A DNA stretch of 64,000 bases from the NCBI GenBank assembly GCA_000092065.1, contig CP000595.1; one strand, given 5' to 3'. The notes under the pieces were generated by a model. It was not told the origin of the DNA. It worked only from the letters and a program-made list of their open reading frames with translations, and made no database searches. This DNA is from Ostreococcus lucimarinus. Taxonomy: Eukaryota. This document shows positions 48,242 through 57,890 of this stretch, one piece after another; the stretch's first letter is position 1, and each line of letters starts with the position of its first letter. Both the position numbers and the translations under genes were made by a program.

Positions 48242-50338
48242 TCAAGCGGCGACGCACGTGCGACCGGTGAACCAATTCCTCTCCGTTTTGACCGCGCCGC
48301 TTATTTCGGACGCCACCGCGCCGCCTTCCGCCCAGCCGCCGGTTTTAGAGACTTGGAGCGCTTTGAAGCGTCCCATGTTCGCGCCTTCGACGCCGAAAGC
48401 CGCGGGGAGATTACCGGTGAAATCGGCGGCGCGAGTGGGCTCGCCGTGCGTTTTCAAGGAGTGACCGATCCATAACGATGTGTCGCCGGTTCGCCTGACG
48501 CGAAGGGTGAAGGTGACGTTGCGCCAAGCGTATCGTCCGTACGGCGATCCAGCGCTACCGAGCCACGAGTTGGCGTTCATCCACTGCCCGTTCGCGCTTC
48601 TGTAGCCAACTTGTGTTCTGAACCCCGCATTAGCGACGAGATCCGCCGCTTCGGGGCTACTGCTGTCTTCCACGACGATGGAAATATACACCGTTTTACC
48701 GTAGGCCGTGCAACAGCTACCGGCGCCATCCCCATTCACACGGTCGAAGGTGCAGTATCTGCCCGCCGAATATCTGTCGAGTTGACATCTATCGTCCATA
48801 GTGGCGCCTATCCAAGCCTCGTTCCAATCATTGGCGTCGTCCAATGCAGGGTGAAAGACATCCTCCGCGGCGGCGGTGCCGGTGACTCCATACCCGTGTC
48901 CAAAATAGATCATGGGGTAGCCATTTTCAAATACTGGTTGCGAGTACCTCGACAGCGCGTCCTCTGACGTGTCGAACTCATCAAAGTCACTCGGCTGCAC
49001 GTTCACCAGACGTTTCGAGCCCCCAGACCGAAATCCACTCGGGCACGCGGCGAGACACTCGCCATTGTGAAGGAATTTCCTGTTGGTACACTCAGTACAC
49101 TGACCGTTCAGACACTTGTTGCAGTTAGTTGGGCACTGCGTGCACCGTCGCGTCGTTGGAGTCGACCCACTACCGCCGTAACCCGGCGGACACGCGAGAG
49201 AACACGTGCCACCCAGATACCAAGAGCCTTCAGGGCACCAAAACTCGGGAATCGGGCACGAAGCAGCGCACCCACCGAAGACGTACGAAATGTCTTTCGC
49301 GTTGCGTTCGAGCGTCACGATTCTGTTCCAGAACGCGCCGAACTGTTGGGTATCGTGACATTTTCTTTCAAAAAGTGGAGCGCCGTTACCGCCGATTTCG
49401 TACAGCGCCTTTCCATTTTCACTCTTCACAACGAATCCAAACTCATAGTTGAGACCCCTCGTAGTGACTTCGAAGATGCCATCTGAAGTCGGGCAGACGA
49501 GTCCCAGCTTCGTAGAAACACATTTCAAGAAATTCACGGCGCCGTTGATCATCTCTTCACCTTCGTGAAGTTCAAAGAATCCGTGGTTCGGATCGTTATC
49601 GTGCATATTGTGGTGAACGACGTACGCGTGCGTCAGCGTCTCGTCGGGGCCAAAAATTTCGGGCCACTTGTTCCTGATTTTGGCGTCGATGCAGCTCGTG
49701 TGCAGCGTGAACCTCCGCTCCTCGCGTCTCTCGCGTCTGCTCGGCAATCTCGCGACCGAATAGTCCCACTTCCCGAGGCGACCGACCCCGGGCGAACGGT
49801 ACGCGCTCCGATTCACTGGATTCAACGCGGCGGTTTCCTCGCTCCGCGCGACGCGGCGCGGCGCGAGACGGTACGTCCCCAGAGACGTCGGCCCCGGCTC
49901 GACGACGTTTTCTCGCCCCAACGCCGCCGAGCTCGCGGACGCCGGATCTGCTTCCAACGCATCCGGGCAGTGATGTTGTATCGCCTCCACCACGCGCGTG
50001 TCCCCCGGCCCGCACGCCGGTTCCGTGAACACGCACTGCTGTTCCTCCGTCGTCTGAATCGCCGCGCAATCCATCGGCTCCGCCTCGAGCGCGCTCACGA
50101 GCGTCGGCGTGGCGTTCCGACACGCCTCCAGGCACGCCACGGGAACGTCCGTGAACGCCCCGAGCGCGGCGCGCCCCGTCGCGCCGTCGCCGCCGACCAG
50201 CGCGAGCGCCGCGACGCCGAACGCGACGCCAACACCCATCGCGAGCCACAGCTTCGACTTCGCGCCGCCGCGCGCGCGCGCGCCGTCGCCGTCGAGCAAC
50301 CGCGCGCGCTCGGCGTCGCGCATCGCGCCTCGATCCAT
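48242..50338 (-). CDS. type-II-anchored or secreted cysteine-rich protein with furin-like/EGF-like repeats and uncharacterised flanking domains
   Basis: N-terminal hydrophobic anchor (MGVGVAFGVAALALVGG), then a Cys-rich cluster (…CPPGYGGSGSTPTTRRCTQCPTNCNKCLNGQCTECTNRKFLHNGECLAACPSGF…) and a Gly/Trp-rich C-terminal domain. The start is probably the internal Met near 50239. Confidence 0.6.
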   Translation of the reverse strand: MDRGAMRDAERARLLDGDGARARGGAKSKLWLAMGVGVAFGVAALALVGGDGATGRAALGAFTDVPVACLEACRNATPTLVSALEAEPMDCAAIQTTEEQQCVFTEPACGPGDTRVVEAIQHHCPDALEADPASASSAALGRENVVEPGPTSLGTYRLAPRRVARSEETAALNPVNRSAYRSPGVGRLGKWDYSVARLPSRRERREERRFTLHTSCIDAKIRNKWPEIFGPDETLTHAYVVHHNMHDNDPNHGFFELHEGEEMINGAVNFLKCVSTKLGLVCPTSDGIFEVTTRGLNYEFGFVVKSENGKALYEIGGNGAPLFERKCHDTQQFGAFWNRIVTLERNAKDISYVFGGCAASCPIPEFWCPEGSWYLGGTCSLACPPGYGGSGSTPTTRRCTQCPTNCNKCLNGQCTECTNRKFLHNGECLAACPSGFRSGGSKRLVNVQPSDFDEFDTSEDALSRYSQPVFENGYPMIYFGHGYGVTGTAAAEDVFHPALDDANDWNEAWIGATMDDRCQLDRYSAGRYCTFDRVNGDGAGSCCTAYGKTVYISIVVEDSSSPEAADLVANAGFRTQVGYRSANGQWMNANSWLGSAGSPYGRYAWRNVTFTLRVRRTGDTSLWIGHSLKTHGEPTRAADFTGNLPAAFGVEGANMGRFKALQVSKTGGWAEGGAVASEISGAVKTERNWFTGRTCVAA

Positions 50339-50403
50339 CGCGCGCGCGCTCGAACGCGCCGCGCGCGTCGCAGTCGCGTCGCCGCGCGCGCGAAGGATGG
50401 CAC

Positions 50404-50533
50404 GATCGATCGACGCGCGTCGACCCTCGCGCCGTCGATCGATCGACGCGCGTCGACCCTCGCGCCGTCGATCGATCGCGCGCGTCGACCCTCGCGCCGT
50501 CGATCGACCGATCGATCGATCGACCGATCGACG
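50404..50533. repeat. three copies of a 33-bp tandem repeat followed by a (CGATCGAC)-type microsatellite
   Basis: atcgatcgacgcgcgtcgaccctcgcgccgtcg x3 (50405–50502) then atcgaccgatcgatcgatcgaccgatcgacg; it lies in the 5' leader of the retinoblastoma-like gene about 70 bp from the divergent gene's start. Confidence 0.85.
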
Positions 50534-50615
50534 AAAAAGCGCGGGAAAAGGCGATTGCGAATCGACGCGACATTCGCGCGCTCCGGGACGCGGCGCGCGC
50601 GCGTCGACGACGGTG

Positions 50616-53600
50616 ATGTCGACGATCGATCCGACGGCGCGCCTGGACGCGCGCGGGACGCACGCGAGAGCGGATGAGGTGCGAGCGCTGGCGAAGGATT
50701 TGACCGAGACGGCGACGCGGACGCGAGGGGCGAGCGCGGACGCGGACGCGGACGCGGTGAATCGCGCGGCGAGGGCGTGCGGGACGTTCGCGGCGCTGGG
50801 ATTGGTGGACGCCGAGGACGTCGTGAGGGACGGGAAGAGAGGCGGGGCGGTGGACGCGGCGGCGCGCGGCGCGGGGGACGTGACGGCGATACTGGAGGAG
50901 CACGAGACGACGTTGGTGGCGGTGTTGGACGCGTTGCCCGAGTTTTTAAACGCGGCGGCGCGCGCGCTCGCGATGCGATTGCGCAGTCACGCGCCCGCGG
51001 GATCGTCGACGGTGGCGGAGGTGGAGCGTGTGTTGAAGATTCGCGAATTGCGCAGCGCGTTTGCGTTTAACAAGGTGATTGCGAAGAAGTTTCACGAGTT
51101 TATGCGCGTGCATTTCGACGCCGACTCCCCCGCGGGCGTGGCGGTGGCCAAGCTCGGGTGGGCGCTTTACGTGTGCGCCAAGTGCGAGTCTTTACCGACG
51201 TTTCCAGATTTGTACTCGTGCTACCACTTGCTCGTCGCCGTGGAGGCGTTTTTGTTAATCAACGCCCCGCGAGAGTCGTTGAGAACGTCGCTGAAGAATA
51301 TGGTGAGCATGACGGCCAAGGACGAGACGACGAAGCTTCCAGATCCGCTTGCCAGTCTCAGTTTGGCGTCGAAAGCCAAGAAGGATACCGTGCGCGCGAT
51401 GTCAGACGCCGTGCTCAAGGTGGTGAAAGCGTCGTTCCCGGAGGCTACGATGGATGCGTCGAAACACTTTGACGACGTCGCGCCGAGCGACATGTGCGCA
51501 CAAGGCGTCTTCGACGGCGAACGGGACGTGTCTGCATCCGTCGTCGAGCGTTACTCTCGCGTCGCGTCGGAAACGTTTGGCCGTCTCGCCGTTGACGAGA
51601 CGTTGTACTTGTACACGGAGATGACGAGCGCAGAGTCGCGAGGAAGGAAAATCATCGGCGATCTCGCCGATTGCAAGACGACAACGACGTACGGATCGAT
51701 GGCCACGCCCGCTCGTCGCAAGCGCGTGGCGCCTTTCTCGCCAATCAGACCGAAGAAAATTCCCATACACGGCGTCCCGCCGAGTCCGATGCACTCGTTG
51801 CGCGGGATCATGGCGAGCGGCGTTGGCGGCGTCGCCGCGACGCCGATTAGTCAAGCCATGGCGAGCGCATCGTGGTTACAAGACGTCGTGTGTGGCAGCT
51901 CAGATCTCGAGACGAAAACTGCAGAGTTACAACGCTTCGTTCCGGACAATCCCGAAATCGTGCAAGCGTTGAAGAAAAAAGTCACAAACTTTGGGCAAAG
52001 AATAGGACAAGCGATCCGCGAGGACGCGCTGGTGACGACTATGCGCACGGACATCAGTCCGCACAGCACGGTGATGGATGAGTTAGTCAAACAGCGAACA
52101 TCCGAGGTGTCGCACGTCTTCTTTTACTTTTTGAATCGCATTTTGAAGGACGAACTCGAGCGAATCGCCGGGGACAAGAAGGATGTCAACTTTACCACCT
52201 TGCTCGCGAGCGACCGCTTCACAAAGTCGTTGGTGACGTGCTGCATGGAAGTCGTCGTTTCCACGTACAAGACGTCCACGTTGGCGTTTCCGGCGACGAC
52301 ACACTTGATGGGAATTCACCCGTTCGATTTAGCGACCATCATCGAACCCTTTGTGCGCGCAGACATGAGCATGCCGCGCGAGATTCAGCGACACTTCAAC
52401 TCGCTCGAGGAAAAGACGCTCGAGCGCCTGGCGTGGTGCAAGGGATCGACGTTGTTTGAGTTTTTGAAAACGTTTCACGAGAGCGCGCGTGGCAGTGGTG
52501 GAGCGTCGACGGCATTGCCGGGACGAACGGCGCCTAGGTCACCGCAAGCGCCCAAACGCGTGAGCACACCCGTCTTGAACGTGGCGTCTGTGGCGGAGGT
52601 CGCGGCGATTGGCGGCACCGAGCGCGAAGGCTCGTCGGGCGATGACGCAGACCTCGTCATGGCGCAGTGTCAATCGCCAGTGCGACGCGCACCGACGAGC
52701 GCGTTTTCAGCGTTTTCGTCTCCTTTGCGTGGTGCGACGACGCCGCGTCGGCGGGTGTCTCGAGGCGAACCGTTGCCCGTGCGTTTCGCCGCCGTTCGAA
52801 ATCACACCGTCGAACAGCCGAGTGGGTGCGACGTGTGTGCGTTCAAGGCGCTCCGAATGTTCTTTGCCAAGGTTATGCATCTTGCGGCGAGACGTTTAGG
52901 GGACTTGGCGTCGAGATTAAACTTGTCAACGGACGTCACGCGCGACATTTACGCATTGATTGAACACGTCGTGTACGAACAGACTAATCTCGTGTACAAC
53001 AGGCACATCGATCAAATCATCTTGGTCTCGGTCTACGGTGTGTGCAAGGCGAGCGCTGGGATTTCCTCGAACTCGCTGCAGTTCAAGGATATCATATACC
53101 AATACTCCAAGCAGCCGCAATCGAGCGAAGAGATATTCTGGGCCGTGGTGTTGGAGCAAAACGACCCCGAGCTCGAAGTCGTCAATCGGGGCGACATCAT
53201 TTCCTTTTACAACAAGGTCTTCGTCGGGCGGGTTAAGGAGTTTTTGTTGACGCTCCGCGAGCGCCCTGCGCGAGATACGACCAATCTAGATACCGATGGT
53301 GGCGAGCAAGGAAATACCGTGAGCGTAGACGACGCGCTTCCGTTTGGGTTGTCGTCGCCTCGGCGGCGTTTACCCATCGACAACCAAAACATTTACGTGT
53401 CGCCAATGCGTCCCGAACGCGTTGCCAGCATGCTCCACGAAGGCGCACCGCCAACGCCACGCACGCGAAGCCTGTTTGCCACTATCGGTGAGAGCGTGTA
53501 CGCATATACATCACCGTCAAGTGACTTTGAAGCAATCAATCGCAAGCTACTGATGGACAAGCCGAAACCGCCGAAGGGACGCTTCGCCCCGAACGTCCCG

Positions 53601-53624
53601 AAATTCGGTGAACACGATCGTTGA
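50616..53624 (+). CDS. RBR: retinoblastoma-related pocket protein (RBR/MAT3-like)
   Basis: Rb N-domain and pocket A/B boxes; pocket B …HIDQIILVSVYGVCKASAGISSNSLQFKDIIYQYSKQPQSSEEIFWAVVL… matches the canonical …HLDQIMMCSMYGICKV…LKFK.II..YK… block. A 1003-aa protein from the ATG at 50616 (track ORF from 50109 through the repeat leader). Confidence 0.9.
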   Translation: MSTIDPTARLDARGTHARADEVRALAKDLTETATRTRGASADADADAVNRAARACGTFAALGLVDAEDVVRDGKRGGAVDAAARGAGDVTAILEEHETTLVAVLDALPEFLNAAARALAMRLRSHAPAGSSTVAEVERVLKIRELRSAFAFNKVIAKKFHEFMRVHFDADSPAGVAVAKLGWALYVCAKCESLPTFPDLYSCYHLLVAVEAFLLINAPRESLRTSLKNMVSMTAKDETTKLPDPLASLSLASKAKKDTVRAMSDAVLKVVKASFPEATMDASKHFDDVAPSDMCAQGVFDGERDVSASVVERYSRVASETFGRLAVDETLYLYTEMTSAESRGRKIIGDLADCKTTTTYGSMATPARRKRVAPFSPIRPKKIPIHGVPPSPMHSLRGIMASGVGGVAATPISQAMASASWLQDVVCGSSDLETKTAELQRFVPDNPEIVQALKKKVTNFGQRIGQAIREDALVTTMRTDISPHSTVMDELVKQRTSEVSHVFFYFLNRILKDELERIAGDKKDVNFTTLLASDRFTKSLVTCCMEVVVSTYKTSTLAFPATTHLMGIHPFDLATIIEPFVRADMSMPREIQRHFNSLEEKTLERLAWCKGSTLFEFLKTFHESARGSGGASTALPGRTAPRSPQAPKRVSTPVLNVASVAEVAAIGGTEREGSSGDDADLVMAQCQSPVRRAPTSAFSAFSSPLRGATTPRRRVSRGEPLPVRFAAVRNHTVEQPSGCDVCAFKALRMFFAKVMHLAARRLGDLASRLNLSTDVTRDIYALIEHVVYEQTNLVYNRHIDQIILVSVYGVCKASAGISSNSLQFKDIIYQYSKQPQSSEEIFWAVVLEQNDPELEVVNRGDIISFYNKVFVGRVKEFLLTLRERPARDTTNLDTDGGEQGNTVSVDDALPFGLSSPRRRLPIDNQNIYVSPMRPERVASMLHEGAPPTPRTRSLFATIGESVYAYTSPSSDFEAINRKLLMDKPKPPKGRFAPNVPKFGEHDR

Positions 53625-53810
53625 GGTTTTGTCTCTTGAATCGGAGTTGTTTTAGAACTGTACAATACACGTCTTCCGTAAACACAATCGCCCTCGAGTC
53701 TTCGCTCTCGAGCGCTTCGTCTCGTCCTCGTGTGACTGTTCACGTTCCTCGGGCGAGGAGAAGTGTCACTCGCCACTTCACCGCGCGCGAGCAGACGCAG
53801 AACGAACACC

Positions 53811-54461
53811 ATGAAGCTTCAAAAAATCGCATTGACGACGTGCGCGACGCTCTTGATGGCCACGAGCGCTATCGGCGCCGAGATGCGTGGTACGACGGCT
53901 TCGAGCGCGCGGCGACTGCTGCAACAAGCAGAGACCAACGACGCCGACGCTGATTCTCAAGCGCGCATCGATCGCATCAATTGGCTCGGTCGCGCTGTGG
54001 TAGAAAATGGCGCGTTCCAGTTTTGGACCAAGAACGCCTCTGGGTACTACACCGCCGTCAACGACTACTATGTCAAATCTTTCGAGCTCGAATCCGACGC
54101 CGACGTCGTCGGCAAGACGGACGTCCAACTGATCGTGCTTGTCGCCGGCGATCGCACGATCGAGGACTTTGAAGACGCCAAACCCGATGAAACACTCGAC
54201 TCCATCGCTTCTGCGTACCGCGAACACGATATGATGGTACAGGAAACCGGAAAAGCGACTCGATTCAACGAGCGCGTGATCGCGGACGACCGCGTGTACG
54301 ACGTCGTCGCCATCAAAGCTCCATTCGAAGGCGGGACGGTCGGGATCGCTATCCCGCGCAACGCCGATGACGACATCAACGTCGTCGTCACGAGCGAATC
54401 CGACGACGACGAATCCGACGACGACGAATCCGACGACGACGAATCCGACGACGACGACTAG
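53811..54461 (+). CDS. secreted hypothetical protein (signal peptide, possible PAS/Cache-like fold) ending in an (ESDDD)4 acidic repeat
   Basis: The ATG at 53811 gives MKLQKIALTTCATLLMATSAIGA, a signal-peptide-like sequence; the C-terminus is encoded by 4 copies of a 15-bp repeat (gaatccgacgacgac) at 54403–54461. Confidence 0.5.
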   Translation: MKLQKIALTTCATLLMATSAIGAEMRGTTASSARRLLQQAETNDADADSQARIDRINWLGRAVVENGAFQFWTKNASGYYTAVNDYYVKSFELESDADVVGKTDVQLIVLVAGDRTIEDFEDAKPDETLDSIASAYREHDMMVQETGKATRFNERVIADDRVYDVVAIKAPFEGGTVGIAIPRNADDDINVVVTSESDDDESDDDESDDDESDDDD

Positions 54462-54645
54462 TCCAGTCGCCGACCGACGCGCCAACCGTCGCGCCGGCTC
54501 GATCGCGCAAGACTCTCGATCGCGCTCGCCGCTCGAACGAATCGAATCGAATCACGACGAAATCAATCCGCGAGATCTCCGCACCGCGCCTCGCGGCGTC
54601 TTCGCTCGTCGTCGCGTCGCCGCGCCGCACACCGCCGCTCGCGTC

Positions 54646-55359
54646 ATGCTCGAAACCCTCGGCGTCGCGCTCGACGCCGACGCGCGCCACCCGGCGCGCG
54701 CGCTCGCCATCGTCGACCACCTGGACGCCCCCGGGACGTGGCTCTTCGCCTCGTTCGTCGCGTACGCGTGCGAACGAAGCCCGGTGGTGGTGCTCTGCGT
54801 GGAGCACCACCCGAGTGAAATCACCGCGCTGGCGCGTAAAATCGCGCGCGGCGCGCGAGATTCGGTGTCAAACGCCCTCTCGCGCGGCTCGTGCGCGTTC
54901 GTGGACGCGTTCACGACGGCGAGGACGACGACGGGGGACGGGTTGACGGGGACGCTGCGGGACGTTCGGGACGCGGCGGCGGCGACGACGCGCGCGGCGG
55001 GATCGGGACGCGTCTGCGTCTGCGTCGATGGGCTCGATGGGCTGGTTATGAGCGAATGCGCGGATGATGCGATGGAGTTGGAGCGGTTCTTGGACGCGGT
55101 CTCGCGCGAGGCGGGGGAGGAGGTTGATTTGGTGACGCTGTCGCACTGGGACGTCGGCGCGGTCGAGGCGTGGTTGGCGGAGAGCGCGGATTGTGAGATT
55201 CGCTTGGAGCCTTTGCGTACGGGGAGCGCGGAAGACGCGCAGGGAATGTGTCAGACGACGCATAGGAATAGCGCGTGGCGTGCGAAAGGGGCGGCGAGAC
55301 GCTCGAGGGCGGGATTCGCGTTGACGGAGCTCGGCGCCAAGTTGGAGCGTCGGCGTTGA
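54646..55359 (+). CDS. hypothetical protein, weak resemblance to Elongator ELP5/ELP6 (RecA-like fold); tentative
   Basis: …ARALAIVDHLDAPGTWLFASFVAYACERSPVVVLCVEHH… resembles the ELP6 N-terminal pattern (…LLCDAKTDGSFLVHHFLSFYL…VCFVAL…). The track ORF starts at 54367 in the repeat DNA; ATG at 54646. Confidence 0.35.
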   Translation: MLETLGVALDADARHPARALAIVDHLDAPGTWLFASFVAYACERSPVVVLCVEHHPSEITALARKIARGARDSVSNALSRGSCAFVDAFTTARTTTGDGLTGTLRDVRDAAAATTRAAGSGRVCVCVDGLDGLVMSECADDAMELERFLDAVSREAGEEVDLVTLSHWDVGAVEAWLAESADCEIRLEPLRTGSAEDAQGMCQTTHRNSAWRAKGAARRSRAGFALTELGAKLERRR

Positions 55360-55410
55360 TGTCGTCGTAGTGTTGTAAAATACAAGCTGTAGGAATTCGT
55401 TTGCTAGTGA

Positions 55411-57576
55411 TTACGCTTCTTCTTCTGCAGCCTCGGGTTCGACGTTTTCGTCCGCAGCAGTCTTCGAGGGCGTCGCCTTGAGCACCGAGGGCGGCGCGTC
55501 GACGTCCATGGGATCGTCGTTCATCTCCAACTCTTGGAGCGGCGTCTCTTCTCGGGCATCCAACTCGACGGGTGCGGCGACGGTGGCCGGTTCTTCGACG
55601 ACCTGCGACGTCGTCGTCGTGGTCGTGGTCGCTTCGGCAGCGTCGTGTACTCTAGTGAAATCCGTGTTCAATTCGACGACGTCCTCGAGCTCGCTCACGT
55701 CGAGCGGCGCCTCTTCGACGACTCGCTCTTCTTCAATGGACCTCGCACCCTCCTCTTCCGCCTCGGCGGCGGCCTCCGCCGCGAGCTCGGCCGCTAATTC
55801 ACGCTCTACTTCCGCCACGGCTTCATCCGCTTCGCGCTCGGCCTGACGTTCCACTTCGTCGTCATCCAATTCTTCCGTGGCGACGACGACCTCCGCCTCG
55901 ATGACATCCTTACTAGCTTGCGCCTCGTCCTCCGCGATTTCTTCTGGCGAGCGGTTGGCGGCGATGACGTTGCTCATGATATTCGCCACCGTTGACGCGA
56001 CGAACGCTTCGTTCGCGGCTCGCTCTTCAGCCTCCTTGATAGCCTTTGGCTTGCGTCCGCGTTTCTTTTGCTTCTTTGCGCCGCCGCGAAGAGCGTCTTC
56101 GTCGACGTCTTCTTCGCGCATCAAAGGCACACCGCGACCAGGGGCAGGAGCAATGCTCGTCGACAGCGGATTGATGCCGTACCTCTCCGCCCACGACGCT
56201 GGTGGCGGCGGCGGCATCAAGCCGTAACGCACGCCGCGACGATCCAAAGGCGAGGGGTCGGGAAGACTGCCGCCGAGATCGCGCAGCGCCTCCGCCGGGC
56301 GAAGTCGCGACACGCGGAACGGTTGCGAAGGACCACCCGGGGTCTTACGCGGCCAAATCGGGTTTGCCGTGCGTCGTTCGATCTGCGTGACCGTGGGCAA
56401 GGAGTTGTGGACTCGTTGGTACACCTTGGTCTCTCCGCGCCAATACTCGAGTGGCTTGGATCGTTGACGCGTCGATCGTCGCACGCCACCCTCGGTTGCT
56501 TGTAAACCGGCCAAGGCGAGCGACTTGCGGCGCTCCATCTCGGCGCGAAGGCGCTTGTGCGGCACACCTGCGGTGGTGCGCTTGCGCGGCGCCGGTGGTT
56601 CGGGAAATCCGTCGTCGTCGTACGCCGCGACGTCGTCGTAGCCGAGATCCATATCCTCCTCGCCGTAAAAGTCCGCGAGCGGCGGTTCGTCGCGCTGCGA
56701 ATTGGCGAAGTGTGACACGCCCTGCATCTCTTCCGGCAACCCCTCGGGGTATTCGGCGTGCATCATCATCGCCAACGCCTCGGCCGCGTTCGGCGTACCC
56801 GCGCTCGACAGCCGTCCCGCCTTTGACTTGGACCCGTTCGGCGTCGCCGCCGCGTCGTGCAAAATGTGCGTCGACGGCCTGAACATCGGTCGCGGGCCGT
56901 CCATCGAACCGGTGTTCACCGTAAACGGATTCACATTCGACCCACCGCTGCCGCTACCGCTCCCCGCGCTCGCGTGCGAATCCTCTCCAATCTCCACGAT
57001 GCTCACGCCGTTCGGCGCCGAAAACGCCTCCCCGCCGCTCCCGTTCGACACGTCCATATCGCTCGAACTTTTCTGCTTCATGATCCCCGGAATGTTCACC
57101 CTGATCACGAACGGTCGCGCGCGCACCTCCCGCCCGGTTCCACGTCGCAACCGCAGCCGTTCCCGTCGACTCGCTCGCGGCGCGTACGCGCCCGCCGGCT
57201 TGCCTCCCGCCGCCGCCGCCGCCGCCGCCGCCGCGCGCGCCGCGCGCAACTGCGCCAACCGCGTCGTCGTGCCTACCGCGCCATCGCCCCGCGCGAGCGT
57301 TTTCGTCAGTCCTCGTTCCTCGCGCTCGTCCCGCCCCGTCGCGTCCGTCGCATCGTTCTCCGCACCATCCTTCGCGCGCGTCTCGCCTCGCGCCGTTTTT
57401 AAATCAACGGTCGGCGCCACCTCGCCCCGGTCATCCATCGTCTTGAACGACACCCGTCGCGGCCGCGACGCGCGTCGCGCGCGCGCGTCGTCGACGTCGG
57501 CGTCGAAACGCTTTTCGCGCGTTCCCGCGTCGTCGCCGCGGGCGTTCGCGTCGCGCGGCGCGAGCGGCGTCGACAT
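55411..57576 (-). CDS. acidic, low-complexity nuclear protein carrying a canonical CENP-C motif (candidate CENP-C/Mif2-like centromere protein)
   Basis: Residues about 365–381 [19 protein letters not shown] (nt 56434–56484) match the CENP-C motif (R-[RK]-S-x-R-x(3-4)-P-x(2)-YW). The protein also has long Asp/Glu-rich tracts, basic patches and an Ala/Glu coiled C-terminal region; no cupin domain is evident. Confidence 0.6.
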   Translation of the reverse strand: MSTPLAPRDANARGDDAGTREKRFDADVDDARARRASRPRRVSFKTMDDRGEVAPTVDLKTARGETRAKDGAENDATDATGRDEREERGLTKTLARGDGAVGTTTRLAQLRAARAAAAAAAAAGGKPAGAYAPRASRRERLRLRRGTGREVRARPFVIRVNIPGIMKQKSSSDMDVSNGSGGEAFSAPNGVSIVEIGEDSHASAGSGSGSGGSNVNPFTVNTGSMDGPRPMFRPSTHILHDAAATPNGSKSKAGRLSSAGTPNAAEALAMMMHAEYPEGLPEEMQGVSHFANSQRDEPPLADFYGEEDMDLGYDDVAAYDDDGFPEPPAPRKRTTAGVPHKRLRAEMERRKSLALAGLQATEGGVRRSTRQRSKPLEYWRGETKVYQRVHNSLPTVTQIERRTANPIWPRKTPGGPSQPFRVSRLRPAEALRDLGGSLPDPSPLDRRGVRYGLMPPPPPASWAERYGINPLSTSIAPAPGRGVPLMREEDVDEDALRGGAKKQKKRGRKPKAIKEAEERAANEAFVASTVANIMSNVIAANRSPEEIAEDEAQASKDVIEAEVVVATEELDDDEVERQAEREADEAVAEVERELAAELAAEAAAEAEEEGARSIEEERVVEEAPLDVSELEDVVELNTDFTRVHDAAEATTTTTTTSQVVEEPATVAAPVELDAREETPLQELEMNDDPMDVDAPPSVLKATPSKTAADENVEPEAAEEEA

Positions 57577-57890
57577 GAAGTCGGATCGTCGACCGACAGA
57601 CGGGTCGAATTCAAACGTCGCGCGACGTCGCGCGCGCGCGGTGGGAGGCGCGAGGGCGCGCGGGCGCGTCGGAGACGCGCGGCGTGGCGTCGCGGATCGA
57701 TGCGCGACGCGGGACGCGCGACGCGATGGGCGTCGAGGTGTGGGGGGCGACGACGCGACGCGCGGCGCGATGGGAGGGGAACCAACGGAATCGCGGAGGA
57801 CGAAGCGCTCGCGCCGAGGAGGTTGATTTGGATTAAAACTAAGGTGGCTAAGGGCGCGAAACGCGCGATGTGGGCGAGAAATAATGTATT

